Source: Chlamydiota bacterium (GTDB lineage: Bacteria > Chlamydiota > Chlamydiia > Chlamydiales > JAAKFR01). From it: DNA of 64,000 nucleotides. The translations under genes and the position numbers were made by a program. Each line of letters opens with the position of its first letter. Within the stretch, counting starts at the first letter, position 1. Under the pieces are notes generated by a model. The model was not told the origin of the DNA, did not search any database, and worked only from the letters and a program-made list of their open reading frames with translations. Where the stretch lies: assembly GCA_021772455.1 (NCBI GenBank), contig JAJFLY010000015.1, positions 1,168 through 65,167 of the forward strand. The letters run 5' to 3'. Positions 1 through 10,824 of the stretch are shown here, piece by piece.

Positions 1-2
1 TC

Positions 3-1841
3 AATATTGCAGAAAATGTCTGTTTCAAAAATGGAATGCCGGTTGGGATCTTCTCGCTTGAAATGACAGCTGAACAGCTGATGCAACGGATGGTTTGCTC
101 ACAAGCTGAAGTAGAATCGGAAAAAATCCGGACAGGTTCGCTTAGCGGCGGGGAATTCCAGCGGATTGTGGCAGCTGTTGGAGATATGCAAAAGCATACG
201 ATGGTCATCGACGACCAACCTGGACTCAAGATTACCGACCTACGAGCACGAGCAAGACGGATGAAAGAGAGCTACGGCATCCGTTTTCTTGCTATCGACT
301 ACCTTCAGTTGATCGCAGGCTCAGGTTCGAATCGCACGATGGAAAGTCGGCAGAATGAGATCTCCGAGATCTCCCGAATGCTTAAAACTCTCGCTCGTGA
401 GCTGAATATCCCGATTTTGTGCATGTCCCAGCTCTCGCGTAAAGTTGAAGATAGAGCAGGCCATCGCCCGATGATGAGCGATCTGCGCGAGAGCGGCTGT
501 TTAACGGGCGATACGCGTATCCAGGATGCTCAGACCGGGCGCTTTTATTCCATCCGCGAGTTAGCGGAACGCACAAAACAAACCCCTATTTATGTTCATG
601 CTGTTGATAGAAAATTAAAGATCGGCAAACACAAGATGATCAAGGCCTTTTACTCAGGAAGAAAAAAAGTTTTTGAACTCAAGATGCGGTCGGGACGGTC
701 GATTAAGGCAAGCGCCAATCACCCTTTTCTTATGTTGAATGGATGGACCCGTCTTGATCAATTGAAGGTAGGCGATCATCTAGCCCTTCCGAGATCGATA
801 GAAATTGAGAATGGTAATACCCAAGAAAATCTCGATGAATTTGGGTTACTTGCTCATCTTATCGGTGATGGATGCATTCTCCCTAACCAACCTTACCACT
901 ACACAAGTGAAGATGAAGAAAACCTCTCCTATGTAAGCGCCTGTTCTCATTCGCTTTTTGACATTCAACCAAAACGGGTTGCACAAGGAAACTGGACCCA
1001 CATATATCTCCCCTCTCCTGTTCGTTTGACAAAAGGACGCTTCCATCCGATTACAGAATGGTACAATAAATTGGGTATTGAGCGAGTACGTTCTTATGAA
1101 AAACAGCTCCCTCAAGTTATTTTTGAAAGCTCAACAAGTACAATCGCCCATTTTCTCCAACATTTGTGGGCAACCGATGGAAACATCTCTTCTAGAGAGT
1201 TAAAAAAACGCAAGCCCTCTGCAGCTATCTATTATGCTTCTTCAAGCAAGACGTTGGCTATGCAGGTGCAACATTTGCTATTGCGACTCGAAATCCAAAG
1301 TACACTCAAAACAGTCATATCAAAAAAAGGGCACCGAAATATGTACAACGTGGTAGTGCAGGGTGCCCAAAGTCAAATCAGCTTCTTAAATCAAGTCAAC
1401 AGTGCTGGGAAGAGAGGAAAACTCAAACAGAAACTTATTAATAATCTAAGTGCGATAAAAACAAATCCGAATAATGATATTATTCCGAAACTCCAGGAAT
1501 TGGCAGAGTCGGATGTATTATGGGATACAATTGTGTCCATCACAGAGCTTGGAGAAGAAGATGTCTATGATGCAACTGTCGAAGGGGTCCATAATTTTGT
1601 CGCTAATGATATTCTAGTCCACAACAGTATCGAGCAAGATTCCGATATCGTCATGCTTATGCTCCGTCGCGATTATTATGATCCAAACGATAAGCCGGGG
1701 ATGGCAGAGCTCATTGTGGCGAAAAACCGTCATGGAGGGGTTGGAAATATCAATCTTTCTTTTATCAAAGAATTGGGTCAATTCCGCAATTATACCTCGA
1801 TTCAGATGCAGGCCGCAGAAGACTCCTTTGCAAATATCTAG
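3..1841 (+). CDS. dnaB: Replicative DNA helicase DnaB, 5' end outside window, interrupted by an intein
   Basis: The frame is open from the window edge. DnaB C-terminal motifs are present: FSLEM, IDYLQL, SQLSR, DLRESG|SIEQD, AELIVAKNRHG. Confidence 0.97.
   Translation, partial: NIAENVCFKNGMPVGIFSLEMTAEQLMQRMVCSQAEVESEKIRTGSLSGGEFQRIVAAVGDMQKHTMVIDDQPGLKITDLRARARRMKESYGIRFLAIDYLQLIAGSGSNRTMESRQNEISEISRMLKTLARELNIPILCMSQLSRKVEDRAGHRPMMSDLRESGCLTGDTRIQDAQTGRFYSIRELAERTKQTPIYVHAVDRKLKIGKHKMIKAFYSGRKKVFELKMRSGRSIKASANHPFLMLNGWTRLDQLKVGDHLALPRSIEIENGNTQENLDEFGLLAHLIGDGCILPNQPYHYTSEDEENLSYVSACSHSLFDIQPKRVAQGNWTHIYLPSPVRLTKGRFHPITEWYNKLGIERVRSYEKQLPQVIFESSTSTIAHFLQHLWATDGNISSRELKKRKPSAAIYYASSSKTLAMQVQHLLLRLEIQSTLKTVISKKGHRNMYNVVVQGAQSQISFLNQVNSAGKRGKLKQKLINNLSAIKTNPNNDIIPKLQELAESDVLWDTIVSITELGEEDVYDATVEGVHNFVANDILVHNSIEQDSDIVMLMLRRDYYDPNDKPGMAELIVAKNRHGGVGNINLSFIKELGQFRNYTSIQMQAAEDSFANI
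498..1625 (+). mobile_element. Intein (376 aa) with LAGLIDADG homing endonuclease domain in DnaB
   Basis: Begins CLTGDT directly after ESG and ends ILVHN before SIEQD. Block B (ASANHPF), LAGLIDADG-like blocks (LLAHLIGDG, FLQHLWATDG) and block F/G (VYDATVEGVHNFVAN) are visible. Confidence 0.95.
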
Positions 1842-1889
1842 TAATCAGGTAAAATTGTCCGTGAATTATTACCACTTAATGGGTTCACG

Positions 1890-1979
1890 ATGTCTTCAGT
1901 AAAGAAAAAGAGAAAATGCAAAATCGCCAAGCACAAACGTAAGAAACGTCGTCGTCGCGATCGTCATAAAAACAAATAA
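1890..1979 (+). CDS. Small basic protein, AURKAIP1/COX24 (bS22/mS38-like) family
   Basis: Not in the ORF track. Translates as [29 protein letters not shown] (29 aa) and fills the dnaB-mnmG gap. Matches the family pattern MxSVxKKRxxKxxKHKxKK. Confidence 0.85.
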   Translation: MSSVKKKRKCKIAKHKRKKRRRRDRHKNK

Positions 1980-1987
1980 AATTTTTC

Positions 1988-3811
1988 ATGGATTTTCCAC
2001 AAGAGTTTGACGTCATTGTTGTTGGCGGCGGGCACGCCGGCTGTGAGGCCGCTTTTGCCGCTGCTAGACGGGGTGCATCCACTCTCTTGTTAACCATGAA
2101 TCTCGACACCATTGCCAAAATGAGCTGTAATCCCGCTATCGGGGGAATCGGCAAAGGGCACATGGTGCGTGAGATCGACGCTCTTGGCGGCGAAATGGGA
2201 AAGGTTATCGACCGCACGGGCATCCAATTTCGGATGCTCAATGCGACCAAGGGACCAGCTGTCTGGGCCCCGCGCGCGCAGGCCGATAAGGTCGCCTACC
2301 AAACGGAGATGAAACACCGTCTGGAAAAAGAGCCCAATCTCCATATTCTACAAGGAACGATCGAAGCCTTCGAGGTGAAAAATGGCCAGTTTGAGGCTGT
2401 TTTGACCCAAGAGGGAATTCGCTACCGTGGAAAAACGGTGATCCTTTCATCGGGCACTTTTATGCGCGGCCTCCTCCATATCGGCGAGACCAATTTCCCC
2501 GGTGGAAGGGCTGGCGACAAACCTTCTACAGGCCTCTCTCCATGCCTTGAGCGTCATGGAATAAAATTGGGGCGCCTCAAAACTGGAACACCTCCACGCG
2601 TTAATAAAAGAACGATAGACTTCCGCCAAGCTGAAGAGCAGCCGCCCGAAGAGGGTGTTCACTTTTCCTATGATCGCGAAGAGTTCACCCGATTACCACA
2701 AATCTCGTGTTGGATCACCTACACCTCAGCAGAAACGAAAGCACTTATTCAAGCCAATCTCCACAAATCTGCGATCTACTCAGGAAAAGTTCAAAGCATA
2801 GGTCCGCGCTACTGCCCCTCAATCGAAGATAAGATCGTCCGCTTCGCCGACAAGGAGCGTCATCAAATTTTCCTCGAGCCTGAAGGACTAAATACTGAAG
2901 AAGTGTATGTTAACGGCATCTCCTCCTCGCTCCCCTTCGATGTACAGATCGAGATGATCCACTCAATTCCCGCATTGCAAAATGCGCAAATCATGCGCCC
3001 CGCCTACGCCATCGAATACGACTATGTTTTGAGCGGACAAATTGGGCCAACGCTTCAAGCCAAAAACATCGAAGGGCTCTATTTAGCAGGTCAAATCAAC
3101 GGGACAACAGGGTATGAGGAAGCAGCTGCTCAAGGATTAATTGCAGGGATTAACGCAGCAGGCAAGGTCTTGGAAAAACCGCCATTTGTTCTGGGACGCC
3201 ATGAAGCGTACATCGGTGTGATGATCGACGATCTAATCACAAAACCACTCGATGAGCCCTACAGAATGTTCACCTCGCGCGCTGAACATCGCCTGCTTTT
3301 ACGCCAAGACAATGCCGATCTACGCCTACGCGGCTATGGCTATGAACTGGGCCTGATTGATGAAGCACGCCACCTAAAAACAGAGGCCAAACGCACTTTG
3401 ATTGAAAGCGAAACAGAGCGGTTTAGACATGTGTTTAAGCAGATCCGTGGGAAAGGAGCTTCACTTGCACAACTCCTATGCCGTCCCGAAAACACCTACG
3501 CCTCCATGATGGCAGAATTTTCTGAAATCGAAGACCACGGCACAGATATCAATTTCCAAATCGAACTTGGGCTAAAATACGCAGGCTATATCGACAGACA
3601 AAATCAAGATATCGCGAAATTCTCACAAGTCGAGTTGTTGAGAATCCCTGTTGGTTTTGATTTTCAAAAAATTGTCGGTTTGCGCAACGAAGCGAAAGAA
3701 AAACTCTCCCACTTTACCCCTCAAACAGTCGGGCAAGCCTCTCGTATTTCAGGCGTTTCACCCGCCGACATCCAAGTGTTAATGATTGGATTGAAACATG
3801 CACATTCTTAA
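1988..3811 (+). CDS. mnmG: tRNA uridine-5-carboxymethylaminomethyl modification enzyme MnmG/GidA
   Basis: [30 protein letters not shown] and [13 protein letters not shown] motifs. Confidence 0.98.
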   Translation: MDFPQEFDVIVVGGGHAGCEAAFAAARRGASTLLLTMNLDTIAKMSCNPAIGGIGKGHMVREIDALGGEMGKVIDRTGIQFRMLNATKGPAVWAPRAQADKVAYQTEMKHRLEKEPNLHILQGTIEAFEVKNGQFEAVLTQEGIRYRGKTVILSSGTFMRGLLHIGETNFPGGRAGDKPSTGLSPCLERHGIKLGRLKTGTPPRVNKRTIDFRQAEEQPPEEGVHFSYDREEFTRLPQISCWITYTSAETKALIQANLHKSAIYSGKVQSIGPRYCPSIEDKIVRFADKERHQIFLEPEGLNTEEVYVNGISSSLPFDVQIEMIHSIPALQNAQIMRPAYAIEYDYVLSGQIGPTLQAKNIEGLYLAGQINGTTGYEEAAAQGLIAGINAAGKVLEKPPFVLGRHEAYIGVMIDDLITKPLDEPYRMFTSRAEHRLLLRQDNADLRLRGYGYELGLIDEARHLKTEAKRTLIESETERFRHVFKQIRGKGASLAQLLCRPENTYASMMAEFSEIEDHGTDINFQIELGLKYAGYIDRQNQDIAKFSQVELLRIPVGFDFQKIVGLRNEAKEKLSHFTPQTVGQASRISGVSPADIQVLMIGLKHAHS

Positions 3812-4493
3812 CCTAAAAAATGTCCCTATTCTCGAGCAGCTCTGCATCGAAGAGGCTCTACTCCGTGCCGACACGCACAATTGGTGCTTAATTAATACAG
3901 GCGCGCCCCCAGCCATTGTAATGGGAATCTCAGGAAAACCTCACTCCCTGCTCAATGTTGAGAAGGTGCGCTCCGATGGAATCCCCGTGATTAAGCGATT
4001 TAGCGGCGGTGGAACGGTCTACATCGATCCCAACACTGTTTTTGTGACATTGATTTGTAATGCAAGCGACGTTTCGGTCCTAACTCAACCAAAGCCAATC
4101 CTCGAATGGTCAGAAAAGCTCTATAGCCCCCTTTTCAAAGGGTTTGAAGCGCGTGAAAATGACTATGTTTTTGGTGAAAAAAAGTTTGGTGGCAACGCCC
4201 AATATATTCAAAAAGGACGCTTTCTCCACCACACTTCGTTCTTGTGGGATTATGAAGCTGCAAACATGGACTACTTGCTTCTTCCAGAAAGACGTCCTCA
4301 ATACCGTGAGGATCGCGCCCACACCGATTTTCTCTGCACGCTCAAGGCCAACTTTCCCCAAAAAGAAGAGCTCGTCAATGCCCTCTGCACCCATCTGATG
4401 GCCACCTTTGACGCAAAAATAGCCGCTACAGATTTAGTGAAAGAGATTCAAGCGCGCCCACACAGAAAAGTGAGCACGCTTGTAGATCTGTAA
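3798..4493 (+). CDS. lplA: Lipoate-protein ligase family protein
   Basis: KRFSGGGTV and KKFGGNAQ motifs; follows mnmG as in other chlamydiae. Confidence 0.88.
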   Translation: MHILNLKNVPILEQLCIEEALLRADTHNWCLINTGAPPAIVMGISGKPHSLLNVEKVRSDGIPVIKRFSGGGTVYIDPNTVFVTLICNASDVSVLTQPKPILEWSEKLYSPLFKGFEARENDYVFGEKKFGGNAQYIQKGRFLHHTSFLWDYEAANMDYLLLPERRPQYREDRAHTDFLCTLKANFPQKEELVNALCTHLMATFDAKIAATDLVKEIQARPHRKVSTLVDL

Positions 4494-4817
4494 ATCTAGG
4501 CTCGCTCGTACTCATTTTCCCACACCTCTCCATCCATCGGGCAAAAACACGTTAAACATGATTTCAGGACATCTAAAGCAAGTTTTCCTGTTCTTGCACA
4601 GATATATCGAAGAGGCCTTTTTTTCCTCCTACGGTTCTGCAAAGCAGATGCTCTTCTTCAAGCCAACAGGGCTACAAAAGTAGGGAAACTCTCTTTATGC
4701 GTCCTTGATATCTTTTGCACACTGCAATTTTTCTTTTAAAATGTTCATAATGAATACTATACAGTCGCTAAAACGATTATTATGTCATCTATATGAGGTG
4801 TGTTCTTGTCCATACTA

Positions 4818-4908
4818 TGCATCATAAGAATGGTGTTTGTCATTTATATGATGCAAAAAAACCTAAAAACTGTCTATCATAAAAACAACATATGTTATTT
4901 TTGTGATA
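4818..4908. promoter_or_regulatory. Two imperfect inverted repeats upstream of the ATPase gene (candidate operators)
   Basis: tgcatcataagaatg...catttatatgatgca (4818-4855) and tatcataaaaacaacat|atgttatttttgtgata (4875-4908, 15 of 17 positions paired). Confidence 0.45.
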
Positions 4909-4927
4909 TTATAAGAGAGCGAAATCC

Positions 4928-6361
4928 ATGAAGTTCATTGGTAGAGAAGAAGAACTTGAGCAATTAAATCAATTATTTAAAAAAAAATCAGCTTCTCTTG
5001 TTGTGATAAGAGGAAGACGTAGGATAGGGAAAAGCCGCTTAATTAAAGAGTTTCTGAAGGGAAAAAATAGTTGGTTATTTTCTGGTTTGCCTCCCACAAA
5101 AGACTCAACAAAGCAAAGTCAAACCGAGGAGTTTGCCAAACAGATGGCTCGAAACCTTGGAATGCCAAAATTGAGAACAGATGACTGGGGTGAGTTATTT
5201 TGGTATTTAGGGAAACAAGCGGAAAAAGGAAAAATCGTCATTGTTCTTGATGAAATTTCGTGGATGGGTTCCGAAGACATTGATTTTTTAGGACATCTAA
5301 AAAATGCTTGGGATCTATATTTTTCCAATAACCAAGATTTAGTATTGATATTGTGTGGCTCAGTATCGAGTTGGATTGAGGAGAATATTCTCAGTAGTAC
5401 CGGATTTTTAGGTCGAGTATCAGTCGATAAAATCTTAGAAGAACTGCCGTTGGCAAAATGTCAAGATTTTTGGAAATCACAGAAGACGAGAGTAAGCGCT
5501 TATGAGAAATTCAAAGTATTAGCTGTCACAGGCGGGGTGCCTAAATATTTAGAAGAAATTATCTCAGAAGAATCGGCAGAACAGAATATTCAGAGATTAT
5601 GTTTCATGCCTGAAGGATTGCTGTTTCGAGAATATAAGCAAATTTTTTCGGATTTATTTTCCAAAAAAGCCCCAACATACACCCGTATTATAGAAGTTCT
5701 TAGCGAGGGGGCTTTAGAATTTGGGGAAATATGCAATGCATTGAAATTAGAACCCAGTGGAGTTATGTCTGGTTACCTGCACGATTTGGTTTTAGCGGGA
5801 TTTGTAAGCACCGATTGTACCTGGAATATAAAAAGTAAAACGATGTCTCGGTTAAGAAAATTTCGTCTAAAAGATAACTACATGAGATTTTATCTTAAGT
5901 ATATAGAGCCTAATAGAGACAAAATTTCAAAAAAGCTATTCCAACCTAGCTTGATATCTGTGTTGCCTAGTTGGGAAACCATAATGGGTTTTCAGTTTGA
6001 AAATCTTGTTCTAAGCAATCTAAATGGATTGTTAAAGAAGATGTGCATCAACTCCAATGATGTGGTCATGATGGGACCTTTTTTTCAAAGGCAAACAAAA
6101 AGGCAAAAGGGCTGTCAGATCGATTTATTAATTCAAACGCGCTTCCATACACTCTATCTTTGCGAAATCAAATTCTTTGCAAGCGAAGTAAAAAAAAGGA
6201 TCCTTGAGGAGGTTGAACAAAAAATCGAGCGGCTATTTTTTCCAAGAGGTTATTCAATAAGACCTGTATTAGTACATGTTAATGGTGTGAGTCAGAGTGT
6301 TCTAGAGAGCGATTTTTTTACTCAAATTATAGATTTTTCCGAGCTATTTGCCCAAGAATGA
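4928..6361 (+). CDS. Archaeal-type P-loop ATPase (ATPase_2) with wHTH and C-terminal DUF234/PD-(D/E)XK-like domain
   Basis: FIGREEEL N-terminus, Walker A GRRRIGKS, Walker B IVLDE, GGVPKYL, and C-terminal QIDLL...LCEIK. More AT-rich than its neighbours. Confidence 0.85.
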   Translation: MKFIGREEELEQLNQLFKKKSASLVVIRGRRRIGKSRLIKEFLKGKNSWLFSGLPPTKDSTKQSQTEEFAKQMARNLGMPKLRTDDWGELFWYLGKQAEKGKIVIVLDEISWMGSEDIDFLGHLKNAWDLYFSNNQDLVLILCGSVSSWIEENILSSTGFLGRVSVDKILEELPLAKCQDFWKSQKTRVSAYEKFKVLAVTGGVPKYLEEIISEESAEQNIQRLCFMPEGLLFREYKQIFSDLFSKKAPTYTRIIEVLSEGALEFGEICNALKLEPSGVMSGYLHDLVLAGFVSTDCTWNIKSKTMSRLRKFRLKDNYMRFYLKYIEPNRDKISKKLFQPSLISVLPSWETIMGFQFENLVLSNLNGLLKKMCINSNDVVMMGPFFQRQTKRQKGCQIDLLIQTRFHTLYLCEIKFFASEVKKRILEEVEQKIERLFFPRGYSIRPVLVHVNGVSQSVLESDFFTQIIDFSELFAQE

Positions 6362-6370
6362 AATGTTTAT

Positions 6371-6591
6371 TGACCTTGCCCCTAGATTAGCTCCACTAAA
6401 AACTGGAGGTTACGCGATTAATTTACACTTGTTTTGATCATTTATGCTATTCAAAAATTGCTGGGGACTTAGCCTCTTCAGGCTTGTATGTGGCCTTTTA
6501 TGATTGTTTTAGCCTCCTGTAAGTTCTTAAACCAGTTTTCATTCAAACATTCATCTCGGAGTTTTCCGTTAAAGCTTTCAATATAACCATA
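6371..6591 (-). mobile_element. IS3-family (IS407-group-like) remnant: 3' end of transposase and right terminal inverted repeat
   Basis: Minus strand encodes GYIESFNGKLRDECLNENWFKNLQEAKTII and, after a small deletion, RPHTSLKRLSPQQF. The element ends ...ggggcaaggtca at 6371, a typical IS3-family CA terminus. Confidence 0.8.
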
Positions 6592-6592
6592 A

Positions 6593-6664
6593 GGTATTTC
6601 CACCGGTAATATGCAGGAAACTTTAACTGCGATTCTCGGTAAAAATGCCTTGGGACCCTCATCG
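6593..6664 (+). pseudogene. IS256-family transposase fragment
   Basis: Plus frame reads GISTGNMQETLTAILGKNALGPSS, resembling the IS256 motif (Y)LKGISTGDFxEALxALLGxDAxGLS. Confidence 0.55.
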
Positions 6665-6758
6665 AAAGAGGGCATGCCAGCATGTCCAGGGGATTTTGTG
6701 AAGACGACGGTTGAGTCGACCAGGGTCTGAGGGGGAGAGTAAGGGAACACCTTCCATA

Positions 6759-8192
6759 TTAATACACTTGTGGATCTGTAGGAGCCTCCCCAAGATACCC
6801 CTCACACTTGAAAATCAGCGCATATTTTACAGGCGCTCCCATCCAAGAATACAGAGGATAAGCTCCGACGTAAGAAACATTGTCAAAGTAGGGTTTGAGC
6901 CGCTCAAGATAGTGTTGCTCATACCATGGAATCGATTCTACATTCGTTTTTTCCAACATAACAAAGAATCCTGTTTTCCCAACCTCCTGTTCTTGCATTT
7001 GCGGCCAGTAGGAAAACTGATTTTTGCGCGTCTCGCTGATATTGAAAAAATAGGCACGCTTCTGCTCTGGACCATAAAAACTTAAAATACTAGCTGCTTG
7101 ATACTTATTTCCTAATAAGAAATCCGTTTTAGGATTATAGCCAGCCTCTTCCAAAGCAGGCTTCACCTGATCCCAACCCACTGAGTGGCGAAACGTGTAC
7201 CACGGTAGAAACAACGCAATACAAACCATTGCGATCGAAAACCACGTTCCAATATGGAGCCAAACGCGAAAACGGGGATAGGCGACCCATGCAACCAATA
7301 CCATACCCGGCGGATAGAGATAGGCAGCCCAATTGGGTTGTATCTTATTAACGATAGAGGTTCCAAAATAGAAGAGAACAGCGAGTGGAAAAGCGCTGCA
7401 AAATAAAAGGGCGCGGTTACTTTGCTTCCACAGTTGGATGAAGGCTGCAACTAACAGAGCAAAGAACACGGGGGAAAGAAGTCCGATCTGAGCTGCCAAA
7501 AAGTCAAAGAAATTCCCTTTTTTAGCCCCTCCAATTGCGCCGCTTACATGTTTAAAAGTCGCCCATTCATGCGCCATGTTCCAGTAGACAGGTGGAAGAA
7601 GGGCGAAAAGCGAGATGATAATCCCCCAAATAACGCTCCATTTGCGCATCTTAGGGAAGAAGAGAAAGAAAAATAGGACAAAAGGCCACAAGGCAAACGC
7701 CGTCCACTTGTAGAGAGCTCCTAAAAGAATCCACACACCTGCCAGAGGGTAGTTAGGTCCCTCTTCATCGTTTATCCCTTTTGCAATGACCGCGATTCCT
7801 ATCACCAAAAAGAGGATAGCTCCCCCATCGGTGGTCGCGGCTAGAGAGAGATAGATACCGAGGGGCGAAAAGGCCATGACGATGGCCGCCCAAAAAGAGG
7901 TTTTTTCCGACTGCCCAGATGACCGGGCAAGATAATAGACAGCCATAGCAAGTAAAAAGCCGATCGCAAGAGCACCTACGCGCACACCAAATGCCGTATG
8001 TCCAAAGAGTGCTGTTGATCCCCAGATTTGCCACGCAATAGCTGGCGGTTTGGAATAATAACCCCAGTCTAAGGCACGGCTCCACGTCCAGTATTGCGCC
8101 TCATCAGGAGAGAGCCCCACATGGTAGAAAGCGATCAAAAGCCCCAGTACAACGGCTTTTAGCAAAAGTAAAACAACTAGAGTTTTTTTCAT
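6759..8192 (-). CDS. Glycosyltransferase family 39 / ArnT-like membrane protein
   Basis: N-terminal PDEAQYWTWSRALDWGYYSKPP motif and many transmembrane helices. Confidence 0.85.
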   Translation of the reverse strand: MKKTLVVLLLLKAVVLGLLIAFYHVGLSPDEAQYWTWSRALDWGYYSKPPAIAWQIWGSTALFGHTAFGVRVGALAIGFLLAMAVYYLARSSGQSEKTSFWAAIVMAFSPLGIYLSLAATTDGGAILFLVIGIAVIAKGINDEEGPNYPLAGVWILLGALYKWTAFALWPFVLFFFLFFPKMRKWSVIWGIIISLFALLPPVYWNMAHEWATFKHVSGAIGGAKKGNFFDFLAAQIGLLSPVFFALLVAAFIQLWKQSNRALLFCSAFPLAVLFYFGTSIVNKIQPNWAAYLYPPGMVLVAWVAYPRFRVWLHIGTWFSIAMVCIALFLPWYTFRHSVGWDQVKPALEEAGYNPKTDFLLGNKYQAASILSFYGPEQKRAYFFNISETRKNQFSYWPQMQEQEVGKTGFFVMLEKTNVESIPWYEQHYLERLKPYFDNVSYVGAYPLYSWMGAPVKYALIFKCEGYLGEAPTDPQVY

Positions 8193-8953
8193 TCACGATC
8201 CTGGAAGCTTAAAAGATCACGGAAGCCCTGAAGGGTAACATCTCGACCGATATCGGCGATACTATCTGTTAAGGGAATGTTCTTTGGGCACACCTCAACA
8301 CAATTTTGGGCATTGCCACAGTCGCTAATTCCCCCTTCCTCCATCAATGGGCGCAAGCGCAAGCGGCGTTGCAACTTACCTGTAGGATGGGCATTAAAAA
8401 GACGCACTTGTGAAATCGGAGCTGGCCCCACAAATTTCGAGCGTTCATTGATTTGTGGACACGCCTCGGAGCAACAGCCGCACGTCATGCACGTCGAAAG
8501 AGAGTACATCACCTCTTGCTTGGACTGAGAAATCAGCGGTCCATAGCCAGATTCACGCGATCCTTCGGTATCGATCCACCCATGCACGTGTTTAAGATTC
8601 TCAAACATACGAGTTCGATCCACTATAAGATCGCGTACAAGAGGAAATTTTGTGAAAGGGGCGAGGGTGATGACATTCTTTCCCGTATCGCGGATATAAT
8701 TTTCAATGAGAGCGGTGCACGCTTGGCGAGGGAAGCCATTGACAAGCATAGAGCACGAGCCACACACCTCCTCCAAACACCCTTGCTCCCACACGATGGG
8801 CTTGACCTTTTCTCCTGCGCGATTCACTGGGTTTTTCTGAATTTCCATCAAAGCACTGATCACATTCTCTGAAGAGCGCAAAGGGAGCTCAAACTCTTCC
8901 CAGTATTGCTTGCCGGGTGCACCACGAAAGATTTTTAAAATAAATGTGTTCAT
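8189..8953 (-). CDS. sdhB: Succinate dehydrogenase iron-sulfur subunit
   Basis: CLEEVCGSC, CMTCGCCSEACP and CGNAQNCVEVCP Fe-S motifs. Confidence 0.97.
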   Translation of the reverse strand: MNTFILKIFRGAPGKQYWEEFELPLRSSENVISALMEIQKNPVNRAGEKVKPIVWEQGCLEEVCGSCSMLVNGFPRQACTALIENYIRDTGKNVITLAPFTKFPLVRDLIVDRTRMFENLKHVHGWIDTEGSRESGYGPLISQSKQEVMYSLSTCMTCGCCSEACPQINERSKFVGPAPISQVRLFNAHPTGKLQRRLRLRPLMEEGGISDCGNAQNCVEVCPKNIPLTDSIADIGRDVTLQGFRDLLSFQDRE

Positions 8954-10824
8954 ATCGGTAATGTGATGTGCTTCGGAATATTTTTCAACTCGTGATGTGC
9001 TTTTTTAGCGACCGTATAATCCCGTGTTACCGGCTCAACATGACACGTGTTGACCTCCTCATAGGAAATTTCAGGCTCGTCTGGGGCGTAGGTCGCGATT
9101 GTCGTTTTTAACCAATTTTTATCATCACGCTCGGGAAACTCAGGCTTAAAATGTGACCCACGAAACTCATCGCGTAAAAGCGCGCCTTTGGTCATCACAA
9201 GCGCAAGCTCTAGCATCGATCCAAATTGTTGGGCAAATTGGAAGGTCTGATTGGCAAACATGCCTCGATCATCAAGAGAAACACGTCCATACCTCTCTCT
9301 AAGCTCTTTAATTTTATCGAGCGTTTTTTTCAAATCGATATTGTTACGCTTAACCGTAACATTTTGGATCATCACCTCTGCCAATTCGTCGTGCAGAAGA
9401 TGGACATTTTCCGGCCCATCGCGCTTAATCAACTCTTGCTTGAAAGCCTCCTCAACTGCAACCGCATCCTTGTAAGAAGCTTCGGAACACTCGCCCATGA
9501 CGGTATCGAGATAGCGAGGCACCTCATCACCGGTTAAAAGCCCACTATACATGCATGAAAGAAGCGAATTGGCTCCGAGGCGGTTGGCCCCATGATACTG
9601 GTAATCCGACTCTCCACAGTTAAAACAGCCTGGTAAATTGGTCATTTGGCGAAAACGATGTTCCCGATCAGGATCGTCAGCTGCTGGCCAATCGACCCAC
9701 GCTCCTCCCATCGAATAATGGACCGCAGGAAAAATCTTCATCGGCTTATGTCGTGGATCATCTCCAGTAAATTTCTGGTAGATGTCCAACACTGCTTCAA
9801 GCTTATGTTTTGTCTCCTCGGGAAGATGACGCACATCGAGATAGACTTGATTTTCGCCATCAACTCCAAGACCTAACTCGCAAACACGCAATACCTCGCG
9901 CGCGCCCACATCGCGACTCACCAAATTCCCATATCCTGGATACATCTCCTCGAGGAAATACCAAGGCTCACCCGTCTGTCCACATTGAATCGTCTCACCA
10001 CTGGGCGCTAGTATGGTTTTCGATGCATCCCCCGGCACCCAAACGCGTCCCCCCTCGCCCCTTACAGATTCGGAGATCAAGCGCAGTTTATCGCGCCCAG
10101 GAATCGCTGTAGGGTGGATTTGGATAAACTCGCCGTTCGCATAGCGCATCCCTTGCATATAGAGTCGAGCATTGGCAGCTCCCGTACAAAAAGTTGAGTT
10201 GGTCGATTGCTTGAAAATAAGCCCAGGACCACCTGTCGCAATGACAACGGCATCTCCTTTTAACACCTCAAGCTTTTGATTAAAGAGGTTCATGAGGACA
10301 ATGCCTCGTGCCCGCCCCTCCCCATCGAAGACAAGGCGCAAAAACTCATGGTTCTCAAATTTTTCGACAAACCCCTTAACCTCCCAACGGCGTACCTGCT
10401 CATCGAGGGTGTACATCAACTGCTGGCCAGTTGAAGCGCCACAAAAAACGGTGCGATTATAGAGCGTTCCCCCAAATCGGCGCGCATCGAGATGACCCGA
10501 TGGCGTTCTGTTAAATGGGCAGCCAAAACGGTCCATCATCTGAATGATATGGGGCGCTGCCATGCACATCTCAAGAATCGGCGGTTGATTGGCAAGAAAA
10601 TCGCCCCCCTTGATCGTATCGTAGGCGTGAATCTCAGGAGAATCATCTTCTCCTTTCAAGTTGAGAGCGGCGTTAATGCCCCCTTGCGCGCACACAGAGT
10701 GGGAGCGCTTAACCTTTGTCACCGAGATGAGCTTGACGCGGCACCCATTTTCAGCAAGGCGCATCGCCGCCGATAAACCTGCGAGCCCCCCTCCAACAAC
10801 GATAACATCACGAGTTTGTTTCAT
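8950..10824 (-). CDS. sdhA: Succinate dehydrogenase flavoprotein subunit
   Basis: GGGLAG, RSHSVCAQGG and HGANRLGANSL motifs. Start moved to ATG 10824 (MKQTRD), which overlaps the sdhC stop (ATGA). Confidence 0.97.
   Translation of the reverse strand: MKQTRDVIVVGGGLAGLSAAMRLAENGCRVKLISVTKVKRSHSVCAQGGINAALNLKGEDDSPEIHAYDTIKGGDFLANQPPILEMCMAAPHIIQMMDRFGCPFNRTPSGHLDARRFGGTLYNRTVFCGASTGQQLMYTLDEQVRRWEVKGFVEKFENHEFLRLVFDGEGRARGIVLMNLFNQKLEVLKGDAVVIATGGPGLIFKQSTNSTFCTGAANARLYMQGMRYANGEFIQIHPTAIPGRDKLRLISESVRGEGGRVWVPGDASKTILAPSGETIQCGQTGEPWYFLEEMYPGYGNLVSRDVGAREVLRVCELGLGVDGENQVYLDVRHLPEETKHKLEAVLDIYQKFTGDDPRHKPMKIFPAVHYSMGGAWVDWPAADDPDREHRFRQMTNLPGCFNCGESDYQYHGANRLGANSLLSCMYSGLLTGDEVPRYLDTVMGECSEASYKDAVAVEEAFKQELIKRDGPENVHLLHDELAEVMIQNVTVKRNNIDLKKTLDKIKELRERYGRVSLDDRGMFANQTFQFAQQFGSMLELALVMTKGALLRDEFRGSHFKPEFPERDDKNWLKTTIATYAPDEPEISYEEVNTCHVEPVTRDYTVAKKAHHELKNIPKHITLPI

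Noticed and set aside
4494-4750. Short minus-strand frames between lplA and the ATPase gene (MNILKEKLQCAKDIKDA and following)
   Set aside because: Broken by stops with no recognisable family. Possibly a remnant, but I cannot support a call.
6478-6750. 90-aa ORF in the track
   Set aside because: A chimera of antisense IS256 debris and the IS3 tail, not a real gene.
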